A stretch of DNA of 64,000 nucleotides from Camelus dromedarius (taxonomy: Eukaryota), in the NCBI RefSeq assembly GCF_036321535.1, contig NC_087437.1, positions 107,386,001 to 107,450,000 of the forward strand, in the 5' to 3' direction. The notes beneath the pieces were generated by a model that was given only the letters and a program-made list of their open reading frames with translations, was not told the DNA's origin and made no database searches. Below are positions 37,095 to 50,105 of this stretch, in pieces (the first letter of the stretch is position 1; each line of letters opens with the position of its first letter). Position numbers and translations under genes: made by a program.

Positions 37095-37292
37095 TTATTT
37101 TTATTCTTTTATTGCTGTATAGGTGATGTACAATATTATATGTTACAAGTATCCAATATAGTGATTCACAACTTTTTAAAGGTTATACTCCATTTATAGT
37201 AATTATAAAATATTGGCTATTCCCTGGGTACAATATATCCTTGTAGCTTATTTTATACAGAGTAATTTGTACCTCTTAATCCCCTACCCCCA
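37095..37292 (-). mobile_element. L1 3' end fragment
   Basis: 'ttttattgctgtataggtgatgtacaatattatatgttacaagt...aaaggttatactccatttatag...ttgtacctcttaatcccctacccc'. Confidence 0.8.
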
Positions 37293-37559
37293 ATTGGATT
37301 GTTCTTTTTATCTGAATACAATTGTTATAGTAAAATTTCATATGATATCTTATTAAAACATGTAAGCATTCAGTAAGAGAAAATTAGCAGCAGCATACAG
37401 GACTGGTGACTTTTGATAGACATATTTAAAGGAAATTACACCAACAACATTATGTAGAATGAATAGTAAGAGGAGTGGGATAAAGTGAGATGCATAAGTA
37501 TGGAGGTTTGGGGAGTAAACCAGTTACAGTTTGTCCAGCTATTCTGTTCCAGTTCCCTT

Positions 37560-38342
37560 TCAGAGATCGTCCTCTTTTAGCCAATATTTTTTCATTACCC
37601 TCATTATCTCATTCATTTTCAGCTTAAACATTCAGGTGATTCCCAAATTTTTATGTCCAGTTCACATAATCCAACTTTCTTCTAGACTTGTCCAGTTGGA
37701 TATTTAAATATCACCACAAACCCAATAAGCCGAAAATTGAACTCAAGATCATCATTCCCGAACCTGGACCCCCTTGAGGGCATGGTTCCCTATCTCCATG
37801 AGTGACATGATGTAGGGCTAAAAGTCAGACATTAACCCTGACAATACATTCTCTCACTCATGCTCGTATCCGATCAATCACCAGTCCTACTGATTTACCT
37901 TCTAAGTTTATCTTTATTTCATGTACTTCTTGCCACCTGTGCCATCAGCATCGTTTTAGTCCAAACTGCTGTCATCTGATACTGCTTCCTTGGTTCCTTA
38001 AAAGCTTTACCCACATCCACGCTACCCCCTTGTAATCTATGCAATGCATAGCAACCTGAGGGAGATCTTAAAATTTGAATCAGATGATGTCACTTCTTTG
38101 CATAAGAAATTTTTCATTGCCTGTTACAAGAAAGTAATAATTTAAAACCACTTAAAGAGAGATGCAAGATCAGGCCTATTGGTCACTCTCCAGCCTCACT
38201 GGCACACTCCACGTCTCAGCTCTAGACGCGTGGTCTTTCTGTTCCCAAGGTGTTCTGCTCTTCCTGGTTCATTTGACTCCTTGTCCTCATTGTGTTCTCT
38301 GCTTGGAAGATTTAACTCCTGCTCATTCTCCTTCACTTCCTG
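37560..38342 (+). mobile_element. L2 remnant, continuing beyond the L1 insertion to about 38970
   Basis: 'caggtgattcccaaatttttatgtccag', 'ccgaaaattgaactc', 'atccgatcaatcaccagtcct', 'aatcagatgatgtcacttc' are L2 ORF2/3' motifs. Confidence 0.7.
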
Positions 38343-38355
38343 AAGAAACATTCTT

Positions 38356-38829
38356 TTTTTTTAAATTTTTTATTGATTTATAATCATTTTACAATGCTGT
38401 GTCAAATTCCAGTGTAGAGCACAATTTTTCAGTTATACATGAACATATATATATTCATTGTCACATTTTTTTCTCTCTGAGCTACCATAAGATCTTGTGT
38501 ATATTTCCCTGTGCTTTACAGTATAATCTTGTTTATCTATTCTACAATTTTAAAATCCCGTCTATCCCTTCCCACCCTCCACCCCCTTGGCAACCACAAG
38601 TTTGTATTCTATGTCTGAGTCTATTTCTGTTTTGTATTTATGCTTTGTTTTTTTTGCTTTTGTTTTCTAGATTCCACATATGAGTGATCTCATATGGTAT
38701 TTTTCTTTCTCTTTCTGGCTTACTTCACTTAGAATGACATTCTCCAGGAGCATCCATATTGCTGCAAATGGTGTTATGTTGTCAGTTTTTATGGCTGAAT
38801 AGTATTCCATTGTATAAATTTATCCAGTC
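38356..38829 (-). mobile_element. Young 5'-truncated L1 (camelid-type 3'UTR) with a perfect 13-bp TSD
   Basis: TSD aagaaacattctt at 38343-38355 and 38830-38842. The minus-strand insertion site is TT|AAGA, a canonical L1 endonuclease site. Body: 'ttctagattccacatatgagtgatctcatatggtatttttctttctctttctggcttacttcacttagaatgac'. Confidence 0.93.
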
Positions 38830-38979
38830 AAGAAACATTCTTAACAGTTGAAATAGTCACTGTATTTTTTCTTTTGTAGCAATTATCACAGTCTGTAACA
38901 ATATTTTATCTGTACACTTATTTACCCTGTAACGTTTTTCACTAGACAGTAACTTCTATTAGGCAAGATCATAGAGTCT

Positions 38980-39190
38980 ACTAGATGAAGAGTATGGATT
39001 TTAGAGACCAAGTTCAAATCCAAGCTCTAGAAAATAAACATGAAAAGTTACTTAATTCTTATAGATCCTTGTGTTGTCATCTGAATATCTTTTTAGAATT
39101 CCTGTGAGAAATAAGTGAGTTTATGTTAAATGCATAGAATAGAACATGGCATAGGGGAGGTACCATATAAATAATAGCTATTGTTATTCA
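38980..39190 (+). mobile_element. MIR SINE
   Basis: 'aagagtatggattttagagaccaagttcaaatccaagctct...aagttacttaattctt...tgtgagaaataagtgag...tagctattgttatt'. Confidence 0.6.
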
Positions 39191-39649
39191 TTTTTGTTTA
39201 TCATTGTTTTTTCAACATTAAGCAGAGTACCTGGCATGTAGTAGGCTGTTAATGAATCTGAATTTGTGATATTAATAAAGGACGATTACTCTGTGATTAT
39301 AACAGAAGAAAAAAATGATGGATACAATTATTCATGAAAAGGATGAATATAATTGCTGCTTTAAAGAAATCTGGAAAGACTTCATGAATGAAACGTATGA
39401 AGCAAAATAAAGAGTTTAAAGATTTCCTGATTGGAAAACCAGTCATCGGTCTTTGGTCAAGGTGGTGCATTTAGAAAGACACTTTGGTTTAGGAGAGAAG
39501 AGCTACGATGAAATTGATTTGGAGTTTATTAGTTTTGAAATGGCCAAATTGAAATATGTGGATGGCTTCTGAAGCTGTGTGGTGAGATAATGAGAAAGGC
39601 TCATGACTGATGGCCAACAACGTAGATCTAATTAAAATCACATTAATCT

Positions 39650-40066
39650 GTGTTGTGGTGGCAACTCCCAAGTGTCCATAGCCAAGTCCTTACCTCTTTT
39701 CTTCATTGGTAATAGAGTGAGAACTGTGCACGTGGTTGCCTAGCTAGACTCCATTTTCAGCCTTCCTTCAGTTAACTACTCTATTGGCAAAAAGTTATTA
39801 ACATGGCTCCTTCAAGTTCTTTCTTCTTCCATCCTGCTGACAGTTCCTGCTGATGGCCCAGCTGAGACCGTACATCAAGGCCTTAAGGATAACAGAACCA
39901 CAAAATGAAAAGGGATATGTATTCCTGGTTGATGAGCCACTGGACAATCCGCCGTGCTTTTCTCGAACTTGTACATAAGAAGGAGAAAGAAATTGCCTCA
40001 TTTTTCCCTTACGTTACTGCAGTTGGAATCTCTTTGTTATAGTAGATTGGTCTCTCCTACTAATAC
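39650..40066 (+). mobile_element. Old MaLR (MLT1J/K-like) LTR
   Basis: 'gctagactccattttcagccttccttcagtt...taaggataacagaaccacaaaatgaaagg...ggagaaagaaattgcctc...ctctttgttatagtag...taatac'. Confidence 0.6.
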
Positions 40067-41884
40067 TTGAGGGAAGTGTATATAAAAATGTGTTTTCTGT
40101 CTCTAAGATTTACTGGTGATGTGACCTAGGATAACTGACATAATTTCTTGGCTTATATTTACTATAAACAGAGACAGTTGATAACTTAAAAAATTGTATA
40201 GATATAACATAGGTTACTCACTAAACTGCTTAACTTAGAGTAAGAGAGAATTAAATTATAGCAGCAATTGCTGTGTTTTTTATGTCTACTTCTTTTCTTT
40301 CTTCTTAAAGAAAACATAGAGTGCTAATATTAATCATAAAGTTACCAATTTCTTTGATCATTATATGCTTATCATTTATTTTTCAGTCAAGATTTGCCAA
40401 AGAAGTAGGTATTCAGGTAAAAAAAAAAGTGAATATGATATGGAAAGTTCATTTTCCTGCTGAATTCAGCATTCTCATTATTATATTTTACACTGGAGAT
40501 GAGATTTTATTAAAAAATTAAAACTCAAGAATACCATAGATAGTATATTTAAAATATATTTCTCCTTAACTAATGTGAAATACTAGAAAAATGAACATAA
40601 CAAACAAGTAGCTTGTCTTTGCAGACTAATGAAGGTAAAATTCAGTATTATCCTTATCACAATAATTATACTTAATTTTCACATAGAAAATATGAATTGC
40701 ATTGGGAATAATTTTAATGAGTATATGCAATGAAAAATGGGTTGTGATAATTTTTTTGGGTTGAGCTTGGTACATTTTATATAGTTTTCAAGTCATTAAT
40801 AGTAATTTTTTTATCGTAAATAAAATGAAGGACATATTTCATTCAAATTTATTTGAAATATAGATTTATTGAAACAATGAAAAGGCATTAATAAGATCTT
40901 TCCCCCTTTTTTTTTCTTTTTCATACTAACACAGAGCCTCATTTTTTTTTTCTTTTTCCTTGGAAGAGAAGAATTTGTTTTCTTCTGACTAAAGGAGCGC
41001 CGTGTTAAAGGATGTATCAAATATTACAGATATTTCAATGGCATTCTCTAATGTGGATAGAAAATAATTGGAAATTTAAAAGTTTCACTTTACAAACTGT
41101 TTAAACACAGTATCTTTACAATGAATGGGACTAATTTTCTTGACCATTAACCATAATACGCAGAAGACTGTGAATGAGGCAGGAAATGGCTTGGTTTTTA
41201 TTTAGCTTAGTTTGCACCATGATTAAAGCATTGATGGGAAGTCTGAAGAAACAGCACCTGGGGCTTAATTTGGGCCCCAAAGAGAAGGAGAAACACAACT
41301 CTCTCCCCAACCCGAGACTCCTCTAGGAGGAGGTGGACTTGTGGTCACACAGAAATGGAATGGAAAACAAAGGAATATCCCCCTGACTTTGAAGGAAAAC
41401 TTTCTTTCTTAAGTAGTGAAAAGGCAACTTCTTCATGATACGAAGAGGAACATTCTCATGCGGTAATCTTTACATCATTCAGTTGGTAAAAAAATTCAAA
41501 TCCTGGCCCCCTCCAAAAAAAAAAAAAAACATTTATGATGACTTATGAAAACACTCAGAAGATGGGCTTATATTTTGATGGCATTCCCAAGGAAATCTAT
41601 TCACCCAGCTGTGAGGAACACAGTGAAAGCCACTTCTCCAACCAGAAAACAGTGTTGATTTTTAAAAGATTGAAGAATATTTGCAAGCATAAAAAGAGGA
41701 AGAAAAACATTCAAAAAAATGTGTCAATGTATGCAAGTTTGGGTAAAAATGGAGGGTGAATTTAATATTAATTCTCTTGGGGTTATGAAAAATGGAACAG
41801 CTGTATCCTTGGATTTTCTAAGTTTTAGTCATGTTTATAAACATCTGGCATTACTGAAAAGATAAAATATGAAAACAAATATAG

Positions 41885-42235
41885 AATCTCTAGTTTCTAA
41901 TTCCTCATGTCAAGAGCTTGGAAGTTGCCACTCCATCCTAGTAACACGTGAAAAGCTGAACAGACTCAAAAATCAACACCACTTCTTGGATCCATAAGAT
42001 GGGGGAGATTGTCAGAATTACACCTGGGAGCTCAACCAGGTTCGCACAGTAAATACTGGAGAAAAATCCTGGAATAGAGGTATTCTTCTTAGATGGCTTG
42101 CCCTCAGGAACAAGTTAAGCCGACCTTAAATTGCTGGTGTGTTATCAGAGCCTAATCAACCTGGGAGAAGGCCAGCCTGCTCTAACCGTCATGTCCTACA
42201 GAGTGACGGTCGAGGGCGAGGAAACCTGAGACGTT
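41885..42235 (+). mobile_element. Old L1 5'UTR fragment
   Basis: 'aagagcttggaagttgccactccatcctagtaacacgtgaaaagctgaacagactcaaaaatcaac...cttcttggatcc' resembles old L1M 5' ends. Confidence 0.55.
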
Positions 42236-45200
42236 CTTGTGAAGTTCACGATCCAAGAAAATACGGCAGTGAAAAGGCATGTGTTTCAAGGCCACTTCTG
42301 CCATCAAAATCTTGGGGAATATTGGGCACATCACTTCACCTTTCTGAGCTACAGTTTCTTCATTCATTAGGGGAGATATTTACATGTGATATCACTAAGA
42401 TCTTTCTGGCTATGAAATTTTATTTTTTTGTAATGTGAAATCCATCTGTTAAATGTATTCACTTACAAAGGAAACTCACACTATTGTTACTTGCCACTGT
42501 GCACTGTTGAAAAAGTCTAATTTCAAGGTTAAAATGCAAGGATGTCTTGCAGCTTTTAAGCAATGCGATTAAAATATTGGTATAAAGGGAATGAAGATTA
42601 ATATGTACTTCACAATGTGTTGAACTATCACAAAGCAAACTCAGTAAGCTTAGCTCAGTCTTTTCTGAAACCTCTTGCTTTCTGCTTTCATGGGAGCCTT
42701 GTAGTAAGCCAGGTAATTTCCTCGAGGTGGGAAACCAGCGGTTTGGGGGGTAAAATTAAATTATTGATTATGGCATCAGGAATTCAATTATGACCATGCA
42801 TCTCAGCCACTTCTGATTCCCACCTTTTATCATTACTAAGTGTGATGCTCACACACCTCCACAGGCCTGTTGATTTCTTGCATCCTTTCGGCTGTTTCCA
42901 TATTTGAGAAAACAGGCCTATTGATCAGACACTTAAGATCAAAACAGATACTCTGTTGTAAATTCTTCTCTTTTTCTGTTCAAGATTTCAAAAGTGATTA
43001 ATAACACATTCAATAAATATCATAAACCAAGTTTTACAGAAATGTATTAAAAATATCCCAAAGAACAATCTGAACATTTACATTTGCTAATTTTTTTTTT
43101 TCACTAACACAAAAGCTACTTAGCTTTGGTCAGTTTTCTTTCAATTTACTTTTGAATGTGGAGCTAAACAAAGATAAAAATTTTGCCCCTGTCGCAGTTT
43201 TATGAGTTGTTGATCATCACAAGTTGGAGCAAGACTAGCCACTGATGTTATTTCAAGCTAAAGCCAGAGAGTGAGGGCTGGTTAGGGCGGTACTTTTCTG
43301 TGATTATTTCCTTTCTTGCATTATCAGGAAAATGACTCTTCCCCTAATATATAATAAATTGGCTTGGCAAAATTTAAGATATGATTAAAAATCTTAAAAT
43401 CTAAATGACTTTGGTTTGGTGGTCTTAGAGGATGGTTCTAATTTCCAGTAAGTAAATTTTACTACTGATATTTCTGATAGACTCCAAATAGAGAGAAACA
43501 TCTATATAAAACAGAAAACATTAAAAAAATATATATTTCACATATTTGTAAGACTTTTTTACACTCATGCAGAATGTTTTTGTAAGACTAGTTCCTGTGT
43601 AGCAAAAAAAATTATAAAGTGATGGATTCCTTGTGTTCTGTTCCATTTTTCCAGTAGATTCAAGTAACTGCCAAGACCACACTGGTGGGCTTATGAAGAG
43701 TGATATCCACACTCCCCACCCATGGTGAATCATTTCATGGTGAAACTCATGAGGGTGGAGAAAGTCTCAGTGATCTGAGGCCTCTTGAAGAAAAACATAC
43801 TGTGAAAGTGTAAGTCTCTTGTCCTAAAGACAATACAGAATCTGCAAGGATTCAGCAAATTGTGGTTAGTCCATCTTGAACTCATTATTAGAGACTTGAA
43901 AAATTAGTATGATTTCTGCTACAGAGTGTTTTTTTTTTTTAATGATGATTAAATGTATGATTGTCTGTCTTTGTACACCCTTTTGGTTTTGGTAATCTTT
44001 TAAGTGGTCTAAAAAAGAAGACATGTATTTTATTTTATAGTAGGAATGTAAAATTGCTAACGGCTTTATGCCCTGTGAACTTTATATGCACTGAAATCCT
44101 AGCTAGAAAAATAGCATTTAGAGAGAAATTTCAAGTGCACATATCACTTCCTTTTCTGTTTCTTTCATTCTCTTTCATTCTGTGCCTCCCTCTCTGTCAT
44201 ATATATATACATATATATGTGTGTATACATATATATAAAGTCTCTGCTAAAAATTAGAAATAGTGTGATAACCTGTATTTTCCCCTAAGTTTTTACCCTT
44301 AAGCAAAAAAGGATTAATTTATTTTAATTACAAGGCATTTTAAGGTTTGCTCCTGAATGGCAGGGGTCAGAAATGTCAATTGCTTTGGAGGATTAAGATA
44401 CTTAGAAGAACCAAGGTTCACCTGGATTAACTTAGTGAGAATCAGAATAAGTGATTTAAATATTGCAGATATTAATATTGCCCCAATGTTGTGGCATTGA
44501 AATAATATTCTCTATGGGTTTATCTTATGGTGTCATATTAAAGAGAACTGAGACTTCTATTCTCAAACAAGATGGGGTAATTTGGCAGATTTACACTCCT
44601 GCATAAAACCATCAAAACACAGATAACATATGTGAAATGATGGTTTTCAAGGCACTAGAGCTAGATATGATATAATTCAAGACAGTAACCTGTTAGAGGG
44701 AAAAATGAGGAAAGCCCTATAATTGCCCCCGCTTACTGCCTTGAGAGGGGTTCCATGCCACCAGGTAAGGAGAGGAAACACAGGCAAGTCTGGTGGAAAC
44801 CCTGAGGTCAAGAGAGAGAGAAACAGAGATGAGGGTACAGGGATGATAAAGTCAATGGAGTTTGCGGGACTGAGTACTAGAGAGGAGATTGCTGGACAAA
44901 ATGGAAACTCTGCAGGTTCTGCCCCAGTTACTCATCTGAATATGAGTTGGTGCATGCATGCGAGGAAACTCCATGAGGTCAAGGAAACACCCATAGGAAG
45001 AGATTAGAGTTAATTATGCTAGGTACTCACAAAGGATGAGGAATAGTGCCTGTGTCTGCTGGATAGACTGGAGAAACTCATGAATCAGGTTATTTGGTAG
45101 AGGACTCAGATGGCAGTTGCCTCAGCAGTAGAAAGTGCTTATTCCTAGTCCAAGCACCTTTCCAGTTGTGCCTAAAAACAAGCTTAAAAGCAAAACCTGA

Positions 45201-47614
45201 AAAGATCAAAGTGTTTCCAAGCAACTTAATTGCAACCAGAATAAAGCTGAGTTGATTTATCAGAATAGAAAAATTCTTAGCAAACATAAGGCAAAATGTG
45301 CAACATCTGGGGTCCACTGAAAGATTTTTTGTCATTCAAAGAATCAGAAAATACAAATCATGATGAGAATAAAAATAGACTTAAAACTTACCTGAATTAC
45401 CATAGATGCTAGAATTAGCAGGCAAAGACATTCACATGATTATTTTAACTATATTGCATATGTACAAAAATTTATGAAGAGATCTGGAAGATATTTTTAG
45501 AAAACTCATGCCAAACTTTTAGAGATCAAACCAAGCCTCAGTAAAAGAAAGATATTTGCAGAAATAATGGACAAATATTTCTAAATTTGATGAAAACTCT
45601 AAATTGACAGATCCAAAAATATCAATAAGCCAAAAAGGACTAGAAAAATGAGGAAGATTATACCAAGGAATATCATAATTAAATTTCTCAAAATCAATGA
45701 TAAAGAGGAAATCTTAAAAGCTGTTAGACTGCAGAAAAACAATAAAAAACAAAAGCATGTGTTATGTACATAGGAGGAGAGATGAGAATAACATCAGTGT
45801 CTCTGATTGGAAAGAGTCAAATCAAAAAGAGAATGGATCAACATTTTAAAGTGTTGAAACACAATCTTGTCAATTTAGAATTCTGTACCTAGCAGAAACA
45901 TTCTCTCAAAAATAAAAGCAAAATAAGGAGGTCTTCATATGTATAAAATCTGAACAGTTTCATCACCAGTGTCTCTGTGCTACAAGAATATAAAAAGAGT
46001 CCCTTGAGACAGAGAGAAAATAATACTAGATGCAAATCTGTATCTATGCAAAGAAATGAAAAACAACTGAAATATACTACATAGATAATTACATAAGCAT
46101 CATTTCTTATTGTTTCAATATCTTTGAAAGATAATTCAGTTTTTAAATGAAAAGCAATGGCAGCATTGTGTGGGGTTTATGAAATATGTACAAGTAAAAT
46201 GTATGGCAAAAATATGACAAAGTTTAGCACGAGAGAAGTGGAAATATATTATTGTAAGTTTTGTACAATATAAATAAAGTATTATAACTCTACTTAAAGC
46301 AGATGGCTCTAAGTTAAAGACTTACACTATAAATACTCAAGTTACCACTAAAACAATAAAAGAAAGATTTATAGCTAATAAGCTGACAAATAGAATCATG
46401 AAAATACATAATTAATCCCAAAGAAAGCAGAAAAAAAGAGGAAAAAGGAACAAAGAAAAGATAAACTAAGAGAAAATATACAGTTAGACAAGATTTAACC
46501 ATAAACATATCTATAACACACTAAATCTAAATTATTTCAATAACTCAGTTAAAAAATAGTCTGTCAGTTTGTATAAAAAGCAAAATCCAACTATATGCTG
46601 CCTAAATGAAATATACTTAAATCGTAAAGAAATGAACAGATTAAAAGTAAAAACATGTGAAAAAATACACCATACTGACACTAATCTAAAGAAAGCTGTT
46701 ATAGCTTTATTTATATCAAATAAATTAGGTTTCAGAACAACAAAGACATTTTGTAACAGAATAGAAGTGAGTCATCAAGAAAACAATCCTAAATATTAAC
46801 GCACCTAAGACTGACGCTTCAACATACAAAAAACCAAAACTAATAGAAATGCAAGGAAAAATAGACAAATCTGCATTTATAGTCAGAGGAGTCAATACTC
46901 TCTCTCAATATCTGATAGAATAAGTAAGTAGACAATCATCGAAAATGTAGTAATAACAATATCACTTTCAACCAATATGACCTAATTGATATTTACAGAA
47001 CACTTCACCAAACAACAGCAGATCATCTGTTCTTTTTAAACTGACACATAACATTCACCAAGATAGTCTATACTATAGGCCATAAAGCAAGTCCCAGTTA
47101 ATGTACAGGTATTCAAGTAATATGACATGAACACATAAAGTTAAAAGAAACGACATAATATTCTTGAAACACAATAAAATTACAATATAAATTGATAAAA
47201 GAAAGACAACTGGAAAAATTCTCAAATACTTGGGAACTGTAATTTAGTTTCCCACTTCTAGACAACCATGCTTTAAATAGGAAATCAAGAGAGAAACTGG
47301 AAAGTATTTAGAACTGAATGAAAAGGAAAACTCAGCATATCAGAATTGGGGGAAAACTATTAGAGTGGAATTTAGGAATTTTTTTCCTAAAATAAAAATT
47401 TATATTATTATATAACATATTACAGTAAACATACATTAGAGGGAGAAAAGACAAATGAAGACAATTTTATACTTAAACACAGGTATATCGATCTATGGAA
47501 CACTATAGAAAATATCAGAAATAAACCCACAAATATGAGCAAAGATACACATACACAGACAATTCAGGGGAGAAAGTTTTACTTTTCTCAAAAAATGTTA
47601 CAGGAACAGACTGA

Positions 47615-47998
47615 TACCATAGTTTGCTAGGGCTGCCATAATAGAATTTCACAAATTGAGTGGCTTACAAAACAAATTTATTTCCTCAAGTTTGGAGCAT
47701 ATGGATCCAAGGTCAAACTGTCAGCAGGGTTACTTTCTTCTGAGAGCTGTCTCCCTGGCTTGCAGACGGCCGTCCTCTTCTGTTGTCTTCACATGGTCTT
47801 CCTTCTGTGTTTTGTGTCCTAATCTCCTCTTCTTGAAAGGGCATAGTCATAGTGATTCAGGGACACGCTTTCAACACTGTTTCACCTTAATCACATCTTT
47901 AAAGACACTGTCTCCAAATACAGTCACACTCTGCGGTACTGGGCATTAGGACTACAGTGTATGAATTGGGGGGAAGGGTTACAACTCAGTTCGTAACA
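47615..47998 (-). mobile_element. MLT1A-like solo LTR inside the L1
   Basis: 'agtttgctagggctgccataa...ccaaggtcaaactgtcagcaggg...tctccaaatacagtcacactctgcggtactggg...taaca'. Confidence 0.85.
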
Positions 47999-49168
47999 AT
48001 ATCCATATGCAAATAAATGAATGCAATCCAGACCTCAGCATCTGTCCACATAAAGATTTGCATATGAATGTTCATAGTAGCATTATTCATAATTGCCAAA
48101 AACTGGAAACAATCTAAATGCTCCTCATCGGGTGAATGGATAAAAAATTTTGTTATAGCCAATGGATTACTATTACAATGAATTACCATTCAGCAATAAA
48201 ATAAATGAACTACTGCTACATGCTACATCAGGGCTGACCCTCAGAACCACGATGCTAAATGCAAGAAGCCAGGCACAGAGATCACATATTTTACGATTCC
48301 ATTTGTCTAAGTGTCTATAAAAGGCATATTTATAGAATAGAAACTAGATGACTAGTTGCCTGGGGCTGAGTGTGGGAACAGGGATTAACTGTAAATGGGA
48401 ATGATAAATCTCATTAAAGGGAATAGTAAAAATGTTCCAAAACTGATGTATGGTAATAATTGCATCACTTGATAATGTTCCTAAAAAGATACATTGATGG
48501 ACAATCTATAATGACTATATTAGTCATTAGGGAAATGAATATTAAACCATAATGAGATATCAGTACACACCTATTAAAGAGGCTAAAATTAGAATGACTA
48601 GCCACACAAGCGTTGGCAAGGATGTGGAGGAACTGGAACACTCACACACTGCTGGTGGAAGTGGAAACGGGTACACTTGCTTTGGAAAACAGTGTGGCTT
48701 TAAAAAGAAAATTAGATGTATAGCTGTTATAAGATCCAGCTGTTCCACTCTTGGGTATCTGCCCAAAGGAAATGAAAACATATGTCTATACAAAACTGAT
48801 ACACAAATGTTTGAACAGCTTTATTTGTAATAGCTAAAAACTGAAAACAACCTCTCAGGTGGATAAACAAATGGTGATATATCCTAACAATGGGACGTTA
48901 TGCAGAAAGAAAAAGAAATCAACTCGATCTATTTAACGACATAGACGGATCTCGAAATAACTATGCTGAGTGAGACGAACCACATTAACAAAAAGAACAA
49001 GAGCCAAACGTACTGTACCATTCTATCTTCCTAAAATTCTAGAAAATTCAGTCTCATCAAGAGAGATAGAAAGTGGGTAAGGGAATGCCTGGGTTGGGAG
49101 GGGTGAAGGCAAGAATCATGATGTAAATTGTAGGTGATTAATACGTTTACTGTCTTCATATTGGATGG

Positions 49169-49629
49169 TGTATTAGTCAAGGTTCTCCAGAGAAGCAGAA
49201 CCAACAGAATACGTAGAACATATGTGTGTATAAGAGGAAATTATTATAGGAATTGCCTCAGACAGTAATGAAAGCTGAGAAGTCCCACAGTCTGCTTCCA
49301 GCTGGAGACACAGGAAAGTGGGTAGCGATTCAGCCCAAGTCCGGAGGCCTGAGAACCAGGAGCACCTGTGTCCAAAGGCAAGCGAGAATGATGCCCTGGC
49401 TCAAACAGAGCCAATCCCCCCTCCTCTGCCTTTTTATTCCATACAGGTCCTCAGGACTGGCTAACACCCACCTGCATTGGTGAAGGTGAACCTTCTTTAT
49501 TCAGTCTACCAATTCAGATATTAATCTCTTCCAGAAACAGCCTCACAGACATGATGAGAAATAAGGCTTTACCAGCTACCTGGGCATCCCTTGGACCAGT
49601 CAAGTTGACACATAAAATTAACAATCCCT
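49169..49629 (-). mobile_element. MLT2 (ERVL) solo LTR inside the L1
   Basis: 'tgtattagtcaaggttctccagagaagcagaacca...cagtcaagttgacacataaaattaac'. Perfect 5-bp TSD gatgg at 49164-49168 and 49630-49634. Confidence 0.9.
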
Positions 49630-50004
49630 GATGGTTTAATGAGTGTTTAATATGCTACGTACACTTCAAACATATGAGGTTTATTGTATGTGTTATATCC
49701 TATTATATTTGTTAAAAGTTATACAATTAAAATGTAAATGTGAAATATAAATAGAAAACATAAATAGGCCCCCTGTTGCTATCTTTATTTAGATGAACAA
49801 TGTAATATTTAACAATGCAAAAACACTCAAACATAAACGTAAACAAAATATTCATTTCAGGGTTTTTTTTTTCCTGTTTTTATGCCAAAACTTACATTGC
49901 ACTCACTCTCTACCCTGGGCCATACAAAATGCATCTAAAATGTAAATTTATCTAAGCCTCAGAGCAGCCCTTTGAGGTTTTCTCTCTTTCTTTCAATATT
50001 TAAA

Positions 50005-50105
50005 AATTTTAAATTAAAATAATTTTTAAATTGAAGTCGGTTTGCAGTGTTGTGTCAATTTCTGGTGTACAGCATAGTGTTTCAGTCATACATATATTCC
50101 TTTTC
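50005..50105 (-). mobile_element. Very short L1 3' end
   Basis: 'attgaagtcggtttgcagtgttgtgtcaatttctggtgtacagcatagtgtttcagtcatacatatattcctttt', the same family as 3452-3668. Confidence 0.75.

Larger units (their letters stand above)
44540..49730 (+). mobile_element. Old L1 (L1M) composite: 5'UTR, ORF1 remnant, ORF2 endonuclease remnant and 3' fragments, interrupted by two LTRs
   Basis: ORF 46569-46799 'KQNPTICCLNEI...RLKVK...KKAVIALFIS' matches the L1 endonuclease (KQDPTICCLQETH). ORF 48552-48830 'MRYQYTPIKEAKI...VGKDVEELEHSHTAGG' matches the ORF2 C-terminus. The plus strand is A-rich. Confidence 0.85.
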
